A stretch of 64,000 bases of DNA from Trypanosoma brucei (taxonomy: Eukaryota): the NCBI GenBank assembly GCA_000002445.1, contig CP000067.1:704001-768000 (forward strand), written 5' to 3'. How positions within the stretch are numbered: position 1 is the stretch's first letter; every line of letters begins with the position of its first letter. The notes under the pieces are model-generated. The model ran no database searches, was not told the DNA's origin, and was given only the letters and a program-made list of their open reading frames with translations. Of this stretch, positions 11,143 to 22,420 are shown in pieces. The position numbers were made by a program, and so were the translations under genes.

Positions 11143-11634
11143 ATGACGGCAATTGCGATGAAACGGATTGCTAAAGATCTTAACGTTCTAAAGACGGACA
11201 TTAGTCGTAGTGCTCCGGTGGTGTCTCTCATTGCCGCTGTTGAAAGTGAAAACGTTTATCAATGGCATATTGTGGCACGGGCTCCAGCCGACAGCATTTA
11301 CAGCAGTAATAGTGATGAAGCACAGCATAAGAAGAAAAATGCATATCGTCTTTCAGTAATATTCACAGACGATTACCCCGACAAGCCACCAAAGGTAAGT
11401 TTCATTACTAATATTTATAGTCCGCTTGTTGGGGAAAAGGGTGATGTGTGTGAGCGACTCACTGAAAAGGATTGGACACCAGACCAGCGTGCAACTAATG
11501 TTATTATGCGTGTCCTCAATGAGGTGTTTAGTGGATATAAAAACAATGACGATTATGATTTAAACCACGACGCACGCCGTTGTCTAAAGGAGGAACCAGA
11601 GGTATTCGAAAAGCGAGCTCAATGTCCGTTTTAG
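11143..11634 (+). CDS. ubiquitin-conjugating enzyme (UBC fold) with a non-canonical active-site region (HPN replaced by SPL)
   Basis: The UBC-fold pattern MKRIAKDLNVL…YPDKPPKVSFITNIYSPLVGEKGDVCERL…WTP is present and the catalytic Cys is retained. The start at 11143 (MTAIAM) lies right after the (AC)n/AG acceptor-like sequence acagATG. Confidence 0.8.
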   Translation: MTAIAMKRIAKDLNVLKTDISRSAPVVSLIAAVESENVYQWHIVARAPADSIYSSNSDEAQHKKKNAYRLSVIFTDDYPDKPPKVSFITNIYSPLVGEKGDVCERLTEKDWTPDQRATNVIMRVLNEVFSGYKNNDDYDLNHDARRCLKEEPEVFEKRAQCPF

Positions 11635-12199
11635 TTGAAACGCGAAGCACAAAGAAGGAAGAGTGGAAGGGGAGAACAAAAAGAAGCAAAAAAAAAAAAG
11701 AGGACGCAGATTTTTTCATAAAAGAACACAAAAAAACTTATTGAGCGAAACGCGTAATTGCCGCTGATGGTGTTTTAATTTTTGCGCCCGCATGCCGCAT
11801 ATGGATGAAGCCACATGTCTTCCATCCAACCGGAAGTTACGGTGTACAATATCGTATAGGTGGAAAAGGAAAAGAAAGGGAAAGTCTTTTGGATATACCG
11901 TGTTGTTGTGGCAAACGCATAAATAGACGAAGGCACAGATATTTTCCACCTCACATCGATGTTGTGAAGAAAAGTAGCTTTACATTGGCGTCACATTTCA
12001 GTAACCACTTTTTTTTATTATTTGAAACTGATTGGGCGCAAAGGCGGGGAGATTTTCTTTTTTTCTTTTTTGGGGACAAGATCAAAGGATAACAAATAAT
12101 AAAAATACCACTTCTTCGCCTGTCGGCAATACCTTTTCCGTCACCCCCTGCTACTTACATATATGGTTTCAATGTGCGTTACCGATTTATTTACATTTT

Positions 12200-12420
12200 A
12201 TGCGCTGGTGTTTTGTTTTCCCCTTCTCCACATCACACACAACCACACCCTTCTTTTTGTCCTATTTGTCGTTTTTGTTATTTATTTATTTATTTTTTTT
12301 TTTACGACCCTGTCCCGTCCTCGCAACCAAAATATTTTTCTCCTCCTCTTCTTCTCTTCTTTTCATACGTGGTACGCAACGATATAATGTTTTTGTTTGT
12401 TTTGTTTTGTTTTAGCGAAG
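12200..12420 (+). promoter_or_regulatory. extended pyrimidine-rich region upstream of the helicase-like gene
   Basis: Multiple C/T runs (cacacccttctttttgtcctatttgtcgtttttgttatttatttatttattttttttttt…ctcctcctcttcttctcttcttttc) occur. Confidence 0.5.
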
Positions 12421-12451
12421 GAACGAGACAGAGAGAAGTTGAATCGATGAA

Positions 12452-14761
12452 ATGGAAAGACTGTACCGTAGCCACATTCGCAGGTGCCACTGCCCGTGTG
12501 AAGTTAATATTTGCCTTCCGCGCTCTTTCCCCTTATTTGTAATGCAACGAAATGTCATACAATCAAACAGTGGAAGAGGCCTGCGGAGTATTTTGGATCA
12601 ATATGAGGATTTCAAGCTCATCATGCAGCTTCGCAAAAATGGACGGGGGAATTATTACAGATATCAACAGAAATTGTGGCCATCAGCTGAGGCTTTAGAG
12701 AGAGATATGACGGAGAGACTTTACAGCAGCACCGAACGCACTCCCCTCGCGCTTTTGCCGCAACCGAAAAGAGCACCATCGCCTCGCACATGTGTGCTTG
12801 AGGGGTGTGGTGCAGCGGCATTGTTAGAAGGAGCGGAAAATGCCGTACAGATCAGTGAGGACCTAAACGACAATCAAAAGGAAGTGAATGAGCCGTTAGA
12901 TCTCACGGACTCGACGGAAACAATGTTTGCCGAGCTTTATGGTACGGATCAGAGTATCAATAATAAAATCATCACAGATAACGACCTACAGGGGACTGTG
13001 CTGGAAGCGGCTCAACAGCGTGCGAGGACTCTCATATTCAATGACCTTCGGGTTAATGAGCTCGCAACTTCTCCAGCAGTTGCGTCCACTAATTCGAGAA
13101 GAACAACAACAATACTGTCCGCCAAAGATAAAGGTAGCATGGCGTGGGAGGCGCTCGGGCTCTGCCCCACGTTGAGTAAACAAGTTATAGCTAAATACAG
13201 TGCAGCGCCCACGCGACTTCAGTGTCGCCTCCTTCCCGCCCTTCTTCATGAAGATCATAACGATGTATTGTTTAATGGCGTGACGGGGAGCGGGAAAACT
13301 AGTGCGCTTCTTCTTGCCCTCTTACAAGCGGTCCGAAACGAGTCTGCCGGACTGAATGTATTTGTTGCTAGTAATGCCATTACTGCCATGCGAGCCCGCG
13401 ACCAGTTGCAGGCACTCTGTGGGGAACTGGGTGGTGCCATGGTGGACCGACCTCGAGACGATTTCACATGGTTGTTTATGGGCATCTTTTCAGGAGAATA
13501 TGAGGCGTACTATCGAACCCTTCGCCGTTCCCTGAATAGTGATCACGGACCCGTGCGGATCTTTATAACGACGGCAGACACTTTTTGCCAATTGTTATTC
13601 GAAAAGAAAATGGAGTTCGAGGCATTTGGTTATCTTCGCCGTGTTTACGTTGATGATGTGGGTGTACAACTTCCAATGGTGCCCCCTCATGCTCCCGTAC
13701 ACGAAATGCGGGAGAGGCTTCGGAATCCGCTCCCATGCGAACTGTTGCTTGGAACCCTGCATCAACTGCCGGGGCCTCACATTCGATCCATCTTGCAGCT
13801 GGGGCTCGTGTCGGCCGATATGGAAACTGCGCTCAAAGATCATTTAAAGTCGTTGTGCGTAAAATTGGAGCGCCACACGATTGTTCTTTCCGCTGTGCGC
13901 ATTCCCTCAACGATACACTGTCTTTTTAGCTTTCATCTCGCCCACGAGGATGTGTACGAATACGTTGTGCAACTCATCTGGAATGCACGGGCTACGATCC
14001 CTGGTCGGGCGGTGATATATGTCCGCTATGAAGACAACATCCTACAGGTGCGCACGAAGCTACGCCAGCTTGGAATGGATGTAAAGCTCTTCTCAGAAGT
14101 TTACCATGATGGTGTGTTTCGTGACTCATGGAAGTTTCTCTTGCTACATGAATCAGAGGCGTTTGGGGTTGACTTACCGCTTGTCTCGCATGTCTTCATC
14201 ACATTTTGTCCCCACAGCACATGTTCCTTCCAGCATATGTGTGGTCGAACCGGACGACTGGGAAATGTTGGTTGGGTGTACACCATAACAGACAAACGTG
14301 AAGCAAAGGCCGTGCGTGAGGTGGTCACACAGCTGGAAGTTGATTTTTGTAGTCACGTGGTTGACAGCAATCTTGCACAAGTGCCACCCAGCGATATGGA
14401 CCGCCTAACAAAGGAGTTTGAGCTATATGGGTTGGATCCGCAGTATGCAGTGAGGCAACACTACGTTGTCCAGAGTGAGAATCCAGACATGGCGTACCGC
14501 AGTCGTGAGTTCTTTAGTAAGCCGGCGGAAAAGCAGTTCCAGATGGAGGACTACACGCCAACGCCGGTGTTGCATAGGCGGTTCGTTAACGCAAAGAAGT
14601 TGGCTAAGGACGTGGAACGGGACCCTTCTGTGGCACTCACCTTACAGAAGGAAGGATTACTGAACAGCAAACTTGCTCCAACGAAAAAAATGAGAAACCT
14701 TCTCAACAACAAGAGCCGAAGCTTCAATGCAGCACTTTATGGTATGAAGAGTAATAAATAA
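12452..14761 (+). CDS. DEAD-box-like RNA helicase with degenerate motifs (possibly organellar)
   Basis: Helicase-like motifs are present in the canonical order, read as:
- motif I: GVTGSGKTSALL
- Ia-like: VFVASNAITA
- Ib-like: ITTADTF
- motif II: VYVDDVG (DEAD becomes VDDV)
- motif VI-like: HMCGRTGRLG
The start is uncertain (12452, or in-frame ATGs at 12542 and 12626). Confidence 0.7.
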   Translation: MERLYRSHIRRCHCPCEVNICLPRSFPLFVMQRNVIQSNSGRGLRSILDQYEDFKLIMQLRKNGRGNYYRYQQKLWPSAEALERDMTERLYSSTERTPLALLPQPKRAPSPRTCVLEGCGAAALLEGAENAVQISEDLNDNQKEVNEPLDLTDSTETMFAELYGTDQSINNKIITDNDLQGTVLEAAQQRARTLIFNDLRVNELATSPAVASTNSRRTTTILSAKDKGSMAWEALGLCPTLSKQVIAKYSAAPTRLQCRLLPALLHEDHNDVLFNGVTGSGKTSALLLALLQAVRNESAGLNVFVASNAITAMRARDQLQALCGELGGAMVDRPRDDFTWLFMGIFSGEYEAYYRTLRRSLNSDHGPVRIFITTADTFCQLLFEKKMEFEAFGYLRRVYVDDVGVQLPMVPPHAPVHEMRERLRNPLPCELLLGTLHQLPGPHIRSILQLGLVSADMETALKDHLKSLCVKLERHTIVLSAVRIPSTIHCLFSFHLAHEDVYEYVVQLIWNARATIPGRAVIYVRYEDNILQVRTKLRQLGMDVKLFSEVYHDGVFRDSWKFLLLHESEAFGVDLPLVSHVFITFCPHSTCSFQHMCGRTGRLGNVGWVYTITDKREAKAVREVVTQLEVDFCSHVVDSNLAQVPPSDMDRLTKEFELYGLDPQYAVRQHYVVQSENPDMAYRSREFFSKPAEKQFQMEDYTPTPVLHRRFVNAKKLAKDVERDPSVALTLQKEGLLNSKLAPTKKMRNLLNNKSRSFNAALYGMKSNK

Positions 14762-15059
14762 TGGATGTCCATGAGGTTACCAGCACCATTTTATCTTCCA
14801 ATTCTTCTGTGTGAGGAACGTTCAATTTGCAAGGCTACCGGCGAATCCGAGCCTTAGGGATATTAAAAAATAAATGTACGTTGGGCATGGAATTCTATGG
14901 TTGTGTGTAAAGATGGCTCGTCTCATTGCGGAAACTGATGTGATAAGAATGATTCTTTTAGGTCGGGGGGGAGGCCGGGAGAAGTGGTTGATGATGATAT
15001 CCCTCCTGTGAAAGTGCGGTCGTGTAATTGTGCGAATCAATAAACAACACTAATAGTGT

Positions 15060-15250
15060 TCGCCATGATGTGTTCGACTTTTTTTTTCTTTCTTTCTTTT
15101 TTTCCTCTGCGCTATCATGAATTATGGTCGAACAGCTGCTGTACGGTTTATTCGCTCACTAGCTTGGGTCTCCGCCTTTTCTTCTTTTTTTTCTTGCACA
15201 TTTTGTGTGGCTCACACCCGCTTTAAATAATCCTTTTTTTTTTTTTTGCT
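15060..15250 (+). promoter_or_regulatory. polypyrimidine / poly-T tracts upstream of the kinesin gene (candidate trans-splicing signal region)
   Basis: Several T/C-rich runs (tttttttttctttctttctttttttcctctgcgc…cttttttttttttttgctttcctgtcat) end about 60 nt upstream of the ATG at 15312. Confidence 0.55.
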
Positions 15251-15311
15251 TTCCTGTCATAAAGGTGTACCCGCAGGAGGGTCTCATAGTTGATCACATC
15301 TTCACTTTTGA

Positions 15312-17723
15312 ATGACCACTCTATCTTTAGATTCAACAGCGGTACGTGTTGTTGCCCGCTGTAGGCCCCTTCTTCCGAGTGAACGAAACCACACAACCTC
15401 CCGAATTCAGATTAACGCAGAAGCTGGGACAATTACTCTTGCCGAAAAGGGATTAGGGGTTGGTCGTTGTTTTACATTTGATCGTGTTTTCCTTCCCAAC
15501 GCGCAACAGCACGATGTTGCTGAAGAGGTGAGTCCACTGATCAGTCACGTACTCGAAGGATTTTGTGCCACCATTTTCGCATACGGTCAGACAGGTAGCG
15601 GAAAGACACACACAGTCGAAGGGTTTGAATACATTCGTAACGGTAGGGGTGGCCCTAAAGTCAACATAGACACAGACCCCGAAAAGCATGGTATTATTCC
15701 CCGCGTGATACAGCTCATTTTCGATCGTGTTCGGGAAAAGCAGTTCGCAGATGCTAACACATCATATCACCTTAAGTGCAGCTATTATCAGATATACAAT
15801 GAACGGGTTACAGATTTGCTGAATCCCTCATCGGAAGCTTCTAAAGGCACTGGTCTAAAGGTACGTTGGTGCCGTGACGATACTTTCACAGTGGAGAACC
15901 TTTACATATGTGAGTGTGACCAACCCGGCGAGATGCGCCGTATGTTCTTGTCTGGTGCTAAAGCTAAAGAAATGGGAAGTCATATGATGAACCAGCAATC
16001 GTCCCGCTCGCACTGCGTCTTTACAATCCACGTAGAGCGTTCCGATAGCGACATCCCAGGGAATAGTGTGAAGTCACAGCTCACCATTGTAGACTTGGCG
16101 GGGTCAGAGAAGCTGACGGCGCTTGACGCCAACCCCTCCTCAAAGCTGACTAAGGAATCTATAGATATAAATACGTCACTTTTTGCCTTGGGAAAAGTGA
16201 TCACCTCTCTCGCCCAGCGATCAAAGCACAATCAGAAAAACGGTGCGGGGGCTAATCAGTTGCACATCCCCTACCGTGATAGCAAACTGACCAAGCTCCT
16301 GAAGCATGCACTAGGAGGAAACTCACTAACAACGATGTTAGCGTGTATCAGCCCATCCGATAACTACGCGGAGGAAACAATGTCGACGCTTATGTTCGCT
16401 ACTACAGCTAGAACTATTAAAAACGTGCCTTACGTGGCTGAGGACCCTGTAACACAGGTTGTCAATCAACTCCGGAGCGAACTTGGAAATGTAAAGGAGG
16501 AGTTGAACTACTATCAGAACCTTGTTGGCAGCAACCTCATCAACAGTGGCCCAACGCGACCACAGCCTATGTACCACGTGCAGGCTTCAAACGACGAGGC
16601 CGTTAACGCACAAGTGAATGAATTATCGGACAAACTCCTGCAGGCATGTGATGCCCTCCAGAAAATTATGAGCATCAACACCCAGCTTCGCTCTGCTTTT
16701 GACGTGGTGAAGGAGGCGAAAGCAGAACTCGAACGAAGGGAGATGGAGCTAAACGCTGAAAATTTAGCTCTGCGCGAACGTATTGAGATGTTGGAGTCTG
16801 TTGTGCTTAAAGAGGACTTGACGGAGTGCTTTGGAAATGGCGCAAAGTCCCAGGAGGGGTATTTGAAGAACAACGGTTACTACTATTCCTCAGCGCGAGC
16901 ATCACTCCTTACAAATGCATCCGACCCAAAGTCCTGCCACGCACCCACCAGGCCCCACTCCGCAAGCGTGCACGAGTCGCCCGCTCCAACAACAGCTGGT
17001 CAAACAAATCCACGGGCTTATGCAGCGGATGGAGCGTGGGCGGCGGAGCGCCCTCCGATTGCCGAAGATAATCCCCGACCAATGACGGGACCTTCAGTGC
17101 GCCCGTCAGCGGAGGGTTTTGTGCCCTCAGCACAACTTGCGGAAGAACGCTTACGTGGGGAACAATCAATTAATAAACGAAGAGAAAAGCTGACAAAGGG
17201 TCTCGCCGAGTATGCTAACAGATACTGTCAACCTGACCGTTTCGTGAACTATGCGGAATACTACGGAAAGGCCCGCCGCTTGGTAACCACGAACCGTTCA
17301 GTTTCTAGTACCGTGGATGATATGAGCAAAACCCTCCGCCAAATCCCAGAGAGCATTGCCAGCACCGTTCCCAACTCACTGAAGACCACTTCTCAATTCG
17401 GGATGTTACACTTTGGTGGGAGCCGGGAGGAGTTGGGCGAACTCGAGGAACGTCGGCGGCAGCGTGAGGAGAAGCGGCAGGCGCTCATCGCTCAGCAGGA
17501 TGCCCTCCGCGGTGATGTTGCGCGCGCATTTGTTGGTATTACTGAAAAGAAGGAACCCATCCGAGCTGGAAAAGAACCATACGAGCAAGGATCATTAGCA
17601 TCCACGGACACGACCGGGAAGCAAATGCCAAAGTTACCTTCAGCGCAACCTGCCCCCGCAGATTCGGTGAGTCGGCTGAAGGCTTATTTGGAACAAGAAA
17701 TAGGTATGAGGGGTGAGTTATGA
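15312..17723 (+). CDS. kinesin-like motor protein (N-terminal motor, C-terminal coiled-coil tail)
   Basis: The P-loop FAYGQTGSGKTHTV, switch I SSRSH and switch II DLAGSE are all present. Coiled-coil heptads follow at roughly aa 440-500. Confidence 0.95.
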   Translation: MTTLSLDSTAVRVVARCRPLLPSERNHTTSRIQINAEAGTITLAEKGLGVGRCFTFDRVFLPNAQQHDVAEEVSPLISHVLEGFCATIFAYGQTGSGKTHTVEGFEYIRNGRGGPKVNIDTDPEKHGIIPRVIQLIFDRVREKQFADANTSYHLKCSYYQIYNERVTDLLNPSSEASKGTGLKVRWCRDDTFTVENLYICECDQPGEMRRMFLSGAKAKEMGSHMMNQQSSRSHCVFTIHVERSDSDIPGNSVKSQLTIVDLAGSEKLTALDANPSSKLTKESIDINTSLFALGKVITSLAQRSKHNQKNGAGANQLHIPYRDSKLTKLLKHALGGNSLTTMLACISPSDNYAEETMSTLMFATTARTIKNVPYVAEDPVTQVVNQLRSELGNVKEELNYYQNLVGSNLINSGPTRPQPMYHVQASNDEAVNAQVNELSDKLLQACDALQKIMSINTQLRSAFDVVKEAKAELERREMELNAENLALRERIEMLESVVLKEDLTECFGNGAKSQEGYLKNNGYYYSSARASLLTNASDPKSCHAPTRPHSASVHESPAPTTAGQTNPRAYAADGAWAAERPPIAEDNPRPMTGPSVRPSAEGFVPSAQLAEERLRGEQSINKRREKLTKGLAEYANRYCQPDRFVNYAEYYGKARRLVTTNRSVSSTVDDMSKTLRQIPESIASTVPNSLKTTSQFGMLHFGGSREELGELEERRRQREEKRQALIAQQDALRGDVARAFVGITEKKEPIRAGKEPYEQGSLASTDTTGKQMPKLPSAQPAPADSVSRLKAYLEQEIGMRGEL

Positions 17724-19053
17724 AGAGGATTATGGGCAGCTATAAGACCCGGGGACACATTTACGCACTGAATCGTGGCCGCACACAAACACCGTGTGCA
17801 CACTTACAACCACTTACATATCGAATATTGCCGGCCCCGGATCCCTGAACCAATGTTCTGCAAATGGGGTTTATGCAGCCGGTATAAGCGGCTAATTGGA
17901 GCTCGCTATTATTTATCCCTGGAGGTGGGAGGCAGGCGCGTGTTCGCTAAGCTGATGCGCACAGGCGAAAGGAATGAGTGCGTGGGAGGCGTTGCAGCAT
18001 GTCGCTCCAAGGAGTGGGAAGGGAAGAGAAGCGGAAAAGAGAAATATGAATTCGGCACCTCATCTCGGGAACTGTTTCGTGCTGTCGCCGTAACCCTCTA
18101 ATTCCCTGTGTGTTTATCCCGGATTTTGGCCACTCGGTTACCCTTGCCCTGGTGGGTTCCTGATGAGATCCTGTTGAGAGAGAGAGAGAGTGGGGTTCCT
18201 GTTTTGTCTGTGCTGGGCTGGACTGCAGATACAATTCATTTTCTTTCTCCTGACTATACCCTATTACGTATTCAGTCCCGGTAATAGTGGGGTTTGCCTT
18301 TTATTATTATTATTATTATTTCCCCTTGCTAGATGCCGTCGCGTTTCACGTCATGGTTTTAATGTTCCACTGATGTGCACCTCGTTGGTGGTAGTGTTAT
18401 TGTTTTTCTTTTCTTTCAAATTAATTCTTCCCCGCACATTTGCTTTGTTTTCCTTGTTTCAGCACGCAGCACCGCATGTACATTTGCGGGCGTAAGTGGG
18501 TGCCCACTACAACTTCGTTGGAGAGAGTGAGTTAGGTTTTCCTCCCTTACATACGCAGCTGATGTCTCTCCATTTTCCCCACCTCAGTTGGCTGCTCTTA
18601 CGGCCTCAACCGTGTCTGCACGTGTATGTGTGTTGAATGCATACCCTTATATTACCGATCGGGCGTAGTGATCTCTCATATATATATATATATATACATA
18701 TAGGTGGGTGAACAGCGTGTGCATTGTTTCACTGCGTCCCAACACATCCGCCCTTCTTTACTTCATGGCACCTCTGCTTTTAGCACATCATTCTATTAGG
18801 CGGTTATTTATCTATTCTATGATTGTATCTGTTACTACATTCTTTTTTTTTTTGTACTCTACTGCCTCTTCCGCCCTTATATAATTCTTCACAATCTCTC
18901 CTTTGCAATTATGGAAAGAAAGAGAGAAAACAAAGCAAAAGCTACAAGCGACCATCTACAAGAGCTAATACTACACACTACATATATTCTCAAGTAAGCA
19001 CTCAAAGGAAACCCTCAAAAAAGAAAAAAAAAAGATATCTACAGTTTGTCATC

Positions 19054-19506
19054 ATGGAAGCTGTCTTCTACGCATTTGCATCCTTCGGCACGGCGCCCAC
19101 GAAGGAGATGGACAATGCCCATTTCTCCAAAATGTTAAAGGAGGCTAAAATCATTGGCAAAACCTTCACCTCTACAGATGCCGACCTCCTCTTCAACAAG
19201 ATCAAGGCGAAGGGCGCCCGTAAAATCACCTTCACGGAGTTTAACACAAGAGCTCTCCCTGATATTGCCACCAAGTTGAAGATGACACCCGAGCAGGTGG
19301 CTGAAATTCTCACGAAGGCATCACCAGCCTCCAATTCCACAAAAGCGGAAGCTGTTAAGTTCCATGACGACAAAAATCTCTACACGGGCGTCTACAAGGC
19401 GGGAGGCCCCACAAATGTGGATCGTAACGCCGGATCCCTTTCAGGGGTTGTCGACCGCCGTGTGGATCAGGTCGATGTGCGTGGCACAACCTCCTCGCAA
19501 AAGTAA
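19054..19506 (+). CDS. p25-alpha / TPPP-domain protein (tubulin polymerisation-promoting protein family)
   Basis: …FASFGTAPTKEMDNAHFSKMLKEAKIIGKTFTSTDADLLFNKIKAKGARKITFTEF… matches the p25-alpha domain consensus. The ORF-track start at 18823 is trimmed to MEAVFY at 19054, downstream of a poly-T/pyrimidine tract. Confidence 0.75.
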   Translation: MEAVFYAFASFGTAPTKEMDNAHFSKMLKEAKIIGKTFTSTDADLLFNKIKAKGARKITFTEFNTRALPDIATKLKMTPEQVAEILTKASPASNSTKAEAVKFHDDKNLYTGVYKAGGPTNVDRNAGSLSGVVDRRVDQVDVRGTTSSQK

Positions 19507-19540
19507 AACAAAAGAAATTGTAATATGTTATATTCATTTG

Positions 19541-19572
<32 letters not shown>

Positions 19573-22311
19573 GGTACTTGTAGGTGAAGGATGAAAAAGG
19601 GGATTACGGAAAAGAAACAAAGAAAAAAGTAAAAGAAGAATAAGAATAAGAAGGGATGGAATAATTCTTTTTTTTAAGAAAAAAAAAGAAAGAAAGGAAA
19701 AAATATGAGGGGGAGTGTGTGGGAGGACGGAAGGATGGAAAAAAAAAAAGTCACAAGAAGTTTGAAAAAGAAGAAAAGAGAACGAAGTGAAGTGAAATGA
19801 ATATGAAATATAAATGCGGTGACTAGGAGAAAGGAAGAAGAAGAAAGTGAATTTTCGTCCCAAGATTGAAAAAAAAACGGAATATATAAAAAGAAAAAAG
19901 AAGAGCGAAGTTATGTCGACAAATGCAGAGCATATCAAAAGTGTAAAAGGGGAATAGGGATATTTAAGGACATATTTCTCATTTGTTTGGCGCCCTTCTG
20001 AATAACACTCCCAGGATATTTTCGCCTGATATTTTTGGCTGTTGTTTCTTTCCTTGTCTGTTTTTTGTTTGTTTGTTTTTGTTTTCGTTTCCCCTTTCGT
20101 TGTTGTGTTGTTTACAGTAATATCCCCTACACGACATCACATACCTTTCACCATGTCATTTGAATTTCTTTCCTCATCTCTCTTTCATTTTTATTTTCAT
20201 TTCCTCCCATAAGTGCCGTGGCGTCCTGATAGTTGCGATGTAATTTAATTCGGTTATTTCCGTCATTTAATCAGGTGTCAGGCACTTCTTGAAGAAAGTG
20301 AAAGGGAAAAAGGGAAAAGGAAAAGAAATGTGGCAGTGGAGACAGCAGCAGCAGCAGTGGCAAAAGAAGAAGAAAAAGAAGAAATTGGTGGAAAAAGAAA
20401 AAGAAAAATCATTATCATTATCATTTCGTACATGCCACAACAGTGCCTTCTTTCCTGCGTTTTTTTTTTATTTTGTTTTCTCTTTGTGGCGGATACCATT
20501 CAAATAGCTCCATCTCATGCGCGAAGGATTGAAATGAAGTAAGGATAAAGAAAGGTGAATATTAGGGATTGGAACATATATTTGAATTCTTCGTGGTATG
20601 TATTTATATATTAATGTATTTATATTCATACTCACTCAGAGGCATTTAAAAAAAAAATGAGGAAGATATAATTGTGGCGTGTAATGGGTGATGGAATTTG
20701 GTTGAGGAATGGAAAAGAAAATTTGAAGGGAAGGACACGCGTAAATTTTACGCAAATCTCTCTATCCCTTTTTCTTTTTTCTTTTCTTTTCCAAATTCCC
20801 CCTTTTCTTCTTTCTTCATGTGTATTTGTATGTGTGAATGTGCGGGTATGCTGCTTCTCATTTTGTATGTATAAATAAATATATATATATATATATATAT
20901 ATGCATCTATGTATGTATGTTTGTTCGTTTGTATGTGTGTGTGTGTGTGCGTGCACTTTTTTCTTTCTTTTCCATATCTGGGGAACAGTTCAATATTATT
21001 TACCCCGTATATCTCCTTTCGTCTCCTTACTATTTATATGTATTTTTTCCTTTTTTTTTTTTTTCTTGGGTGTTTTTTTTTCTTTTTTTTCTATTTAGCT
21101 GACACTGCCGTTGTTGTTATTCTTGTTATTATGATTATTATTGAAAAGTGTAATATATATATATATATTATAACAATAATAATCGCAATAAAAAAGAATA
21201 ATGAGGACAACTTCCGCTGCTGCAACAGAGATAAAGCGGTGCCTCACAATTCATGTGGACTTTTGATATCAACTAGGAATGATATGATGGTCACCGATAA
21301 CTCTCTCTGATATATCAAGTTCTCTAAATATATATATTTTTTTTTAAAAAAAAAAAAAGAGAAAATGACTAATATTTTTGTTATTAATTATTATTATTAT
21401 TACTATTATGCGCACACACGTATGCCACGTCATACCGTTGCTGTCGTTGTTGTTGGTGTTGTTGTTGGACCAGTGGGCGCACAATCAGTAAATGTACTTG
21501 GGTTGCTTTCATTCACACCTGTCATATCTCTAATCATTTCTCCTCTTTCCTTTTTTAAAGAAAATAATAAACAAAAAAAACAGAAGGGATAGAAAATAGA
21601 AAAAGTAACAACTAATTAGAAGTAATCATTTCTCAGTTAATTTGCATACAGAAAAACTTCATACAACTTAGCAAAAGGAATGCAACCTTTTCGAAGCTGG
21701 GAGGAGGACGTATTTAATTGATATGATAAACTCGTAGTCGCGTATATGCTGAGGCCAGTGACGTTATTTTCATTTATTATCGCCGGTCATGGATTTGGCT
21801 GTTGGTTTCGTCAGATAAATGCGGTCTCCTCAGTCATTATATAAAAATGAAAGGGATTGGGATTAAAATGTAACGAAATAATGTTTCTTCAAAAAAATAA
21901 AATATATATATATATATAAGAAAGGCAGCATTTGATGTTGTGCGGTGATGTGAAAGAGAGGTAAGAAAAGTCCCACAAAACAACTTTTCTGAAGTTTAAT
22001 CACTTTTTTCTTTTCTTTTTGCGTTCTTCACTACATTTTTTTTTTACAAAAAAAAAAAATAAACTCGCTGCTTCGCACTCTTTGTGCCTCACCATTTATA
22101 CGTGGTGATCAAGTTATCAGCCTGTTTGGTGCGTATCAATCAGAACTTCAGGAACAAAACCGAGTGAAACGAGTTAAACAAAAGGAAAGAACAAACAGAC
22201 ATAAAGGAGCAAACAACACGAAGAAAGAGCAAAGAGAATAAACGAGAATTAAGGAGCAAAAAAAAAAAAGTAAACAAGCAAAGGATAAGACGAAAACGGT
22301 GGTAATATTAG

Positions 22312-22350
<39 letters not shown>

Positions 22351-22420
22351 AATTTACTAGTAATACTACTAATTGAGGGAAGAAAATTAAAAATAAAGAA
22401 AAAGAAAAAAGTAGGAAGTT

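Noticed and set aside
18150-18175. CUGAUGA motif (ttcctgatgagatcc), reminiscent of a hammerhead ribozyme core
   Set aside because: There is no downstream GAAA or stem arrangement to complete a hammerhead. It is a chance heptamer.
19534-19938. 134-aa - strand ORF downstream of the p25-alpha gene
   Set aside because: It is the reverse-strand translation of the GA-rich polypurine block (poly-F/L/S) and is not coding.
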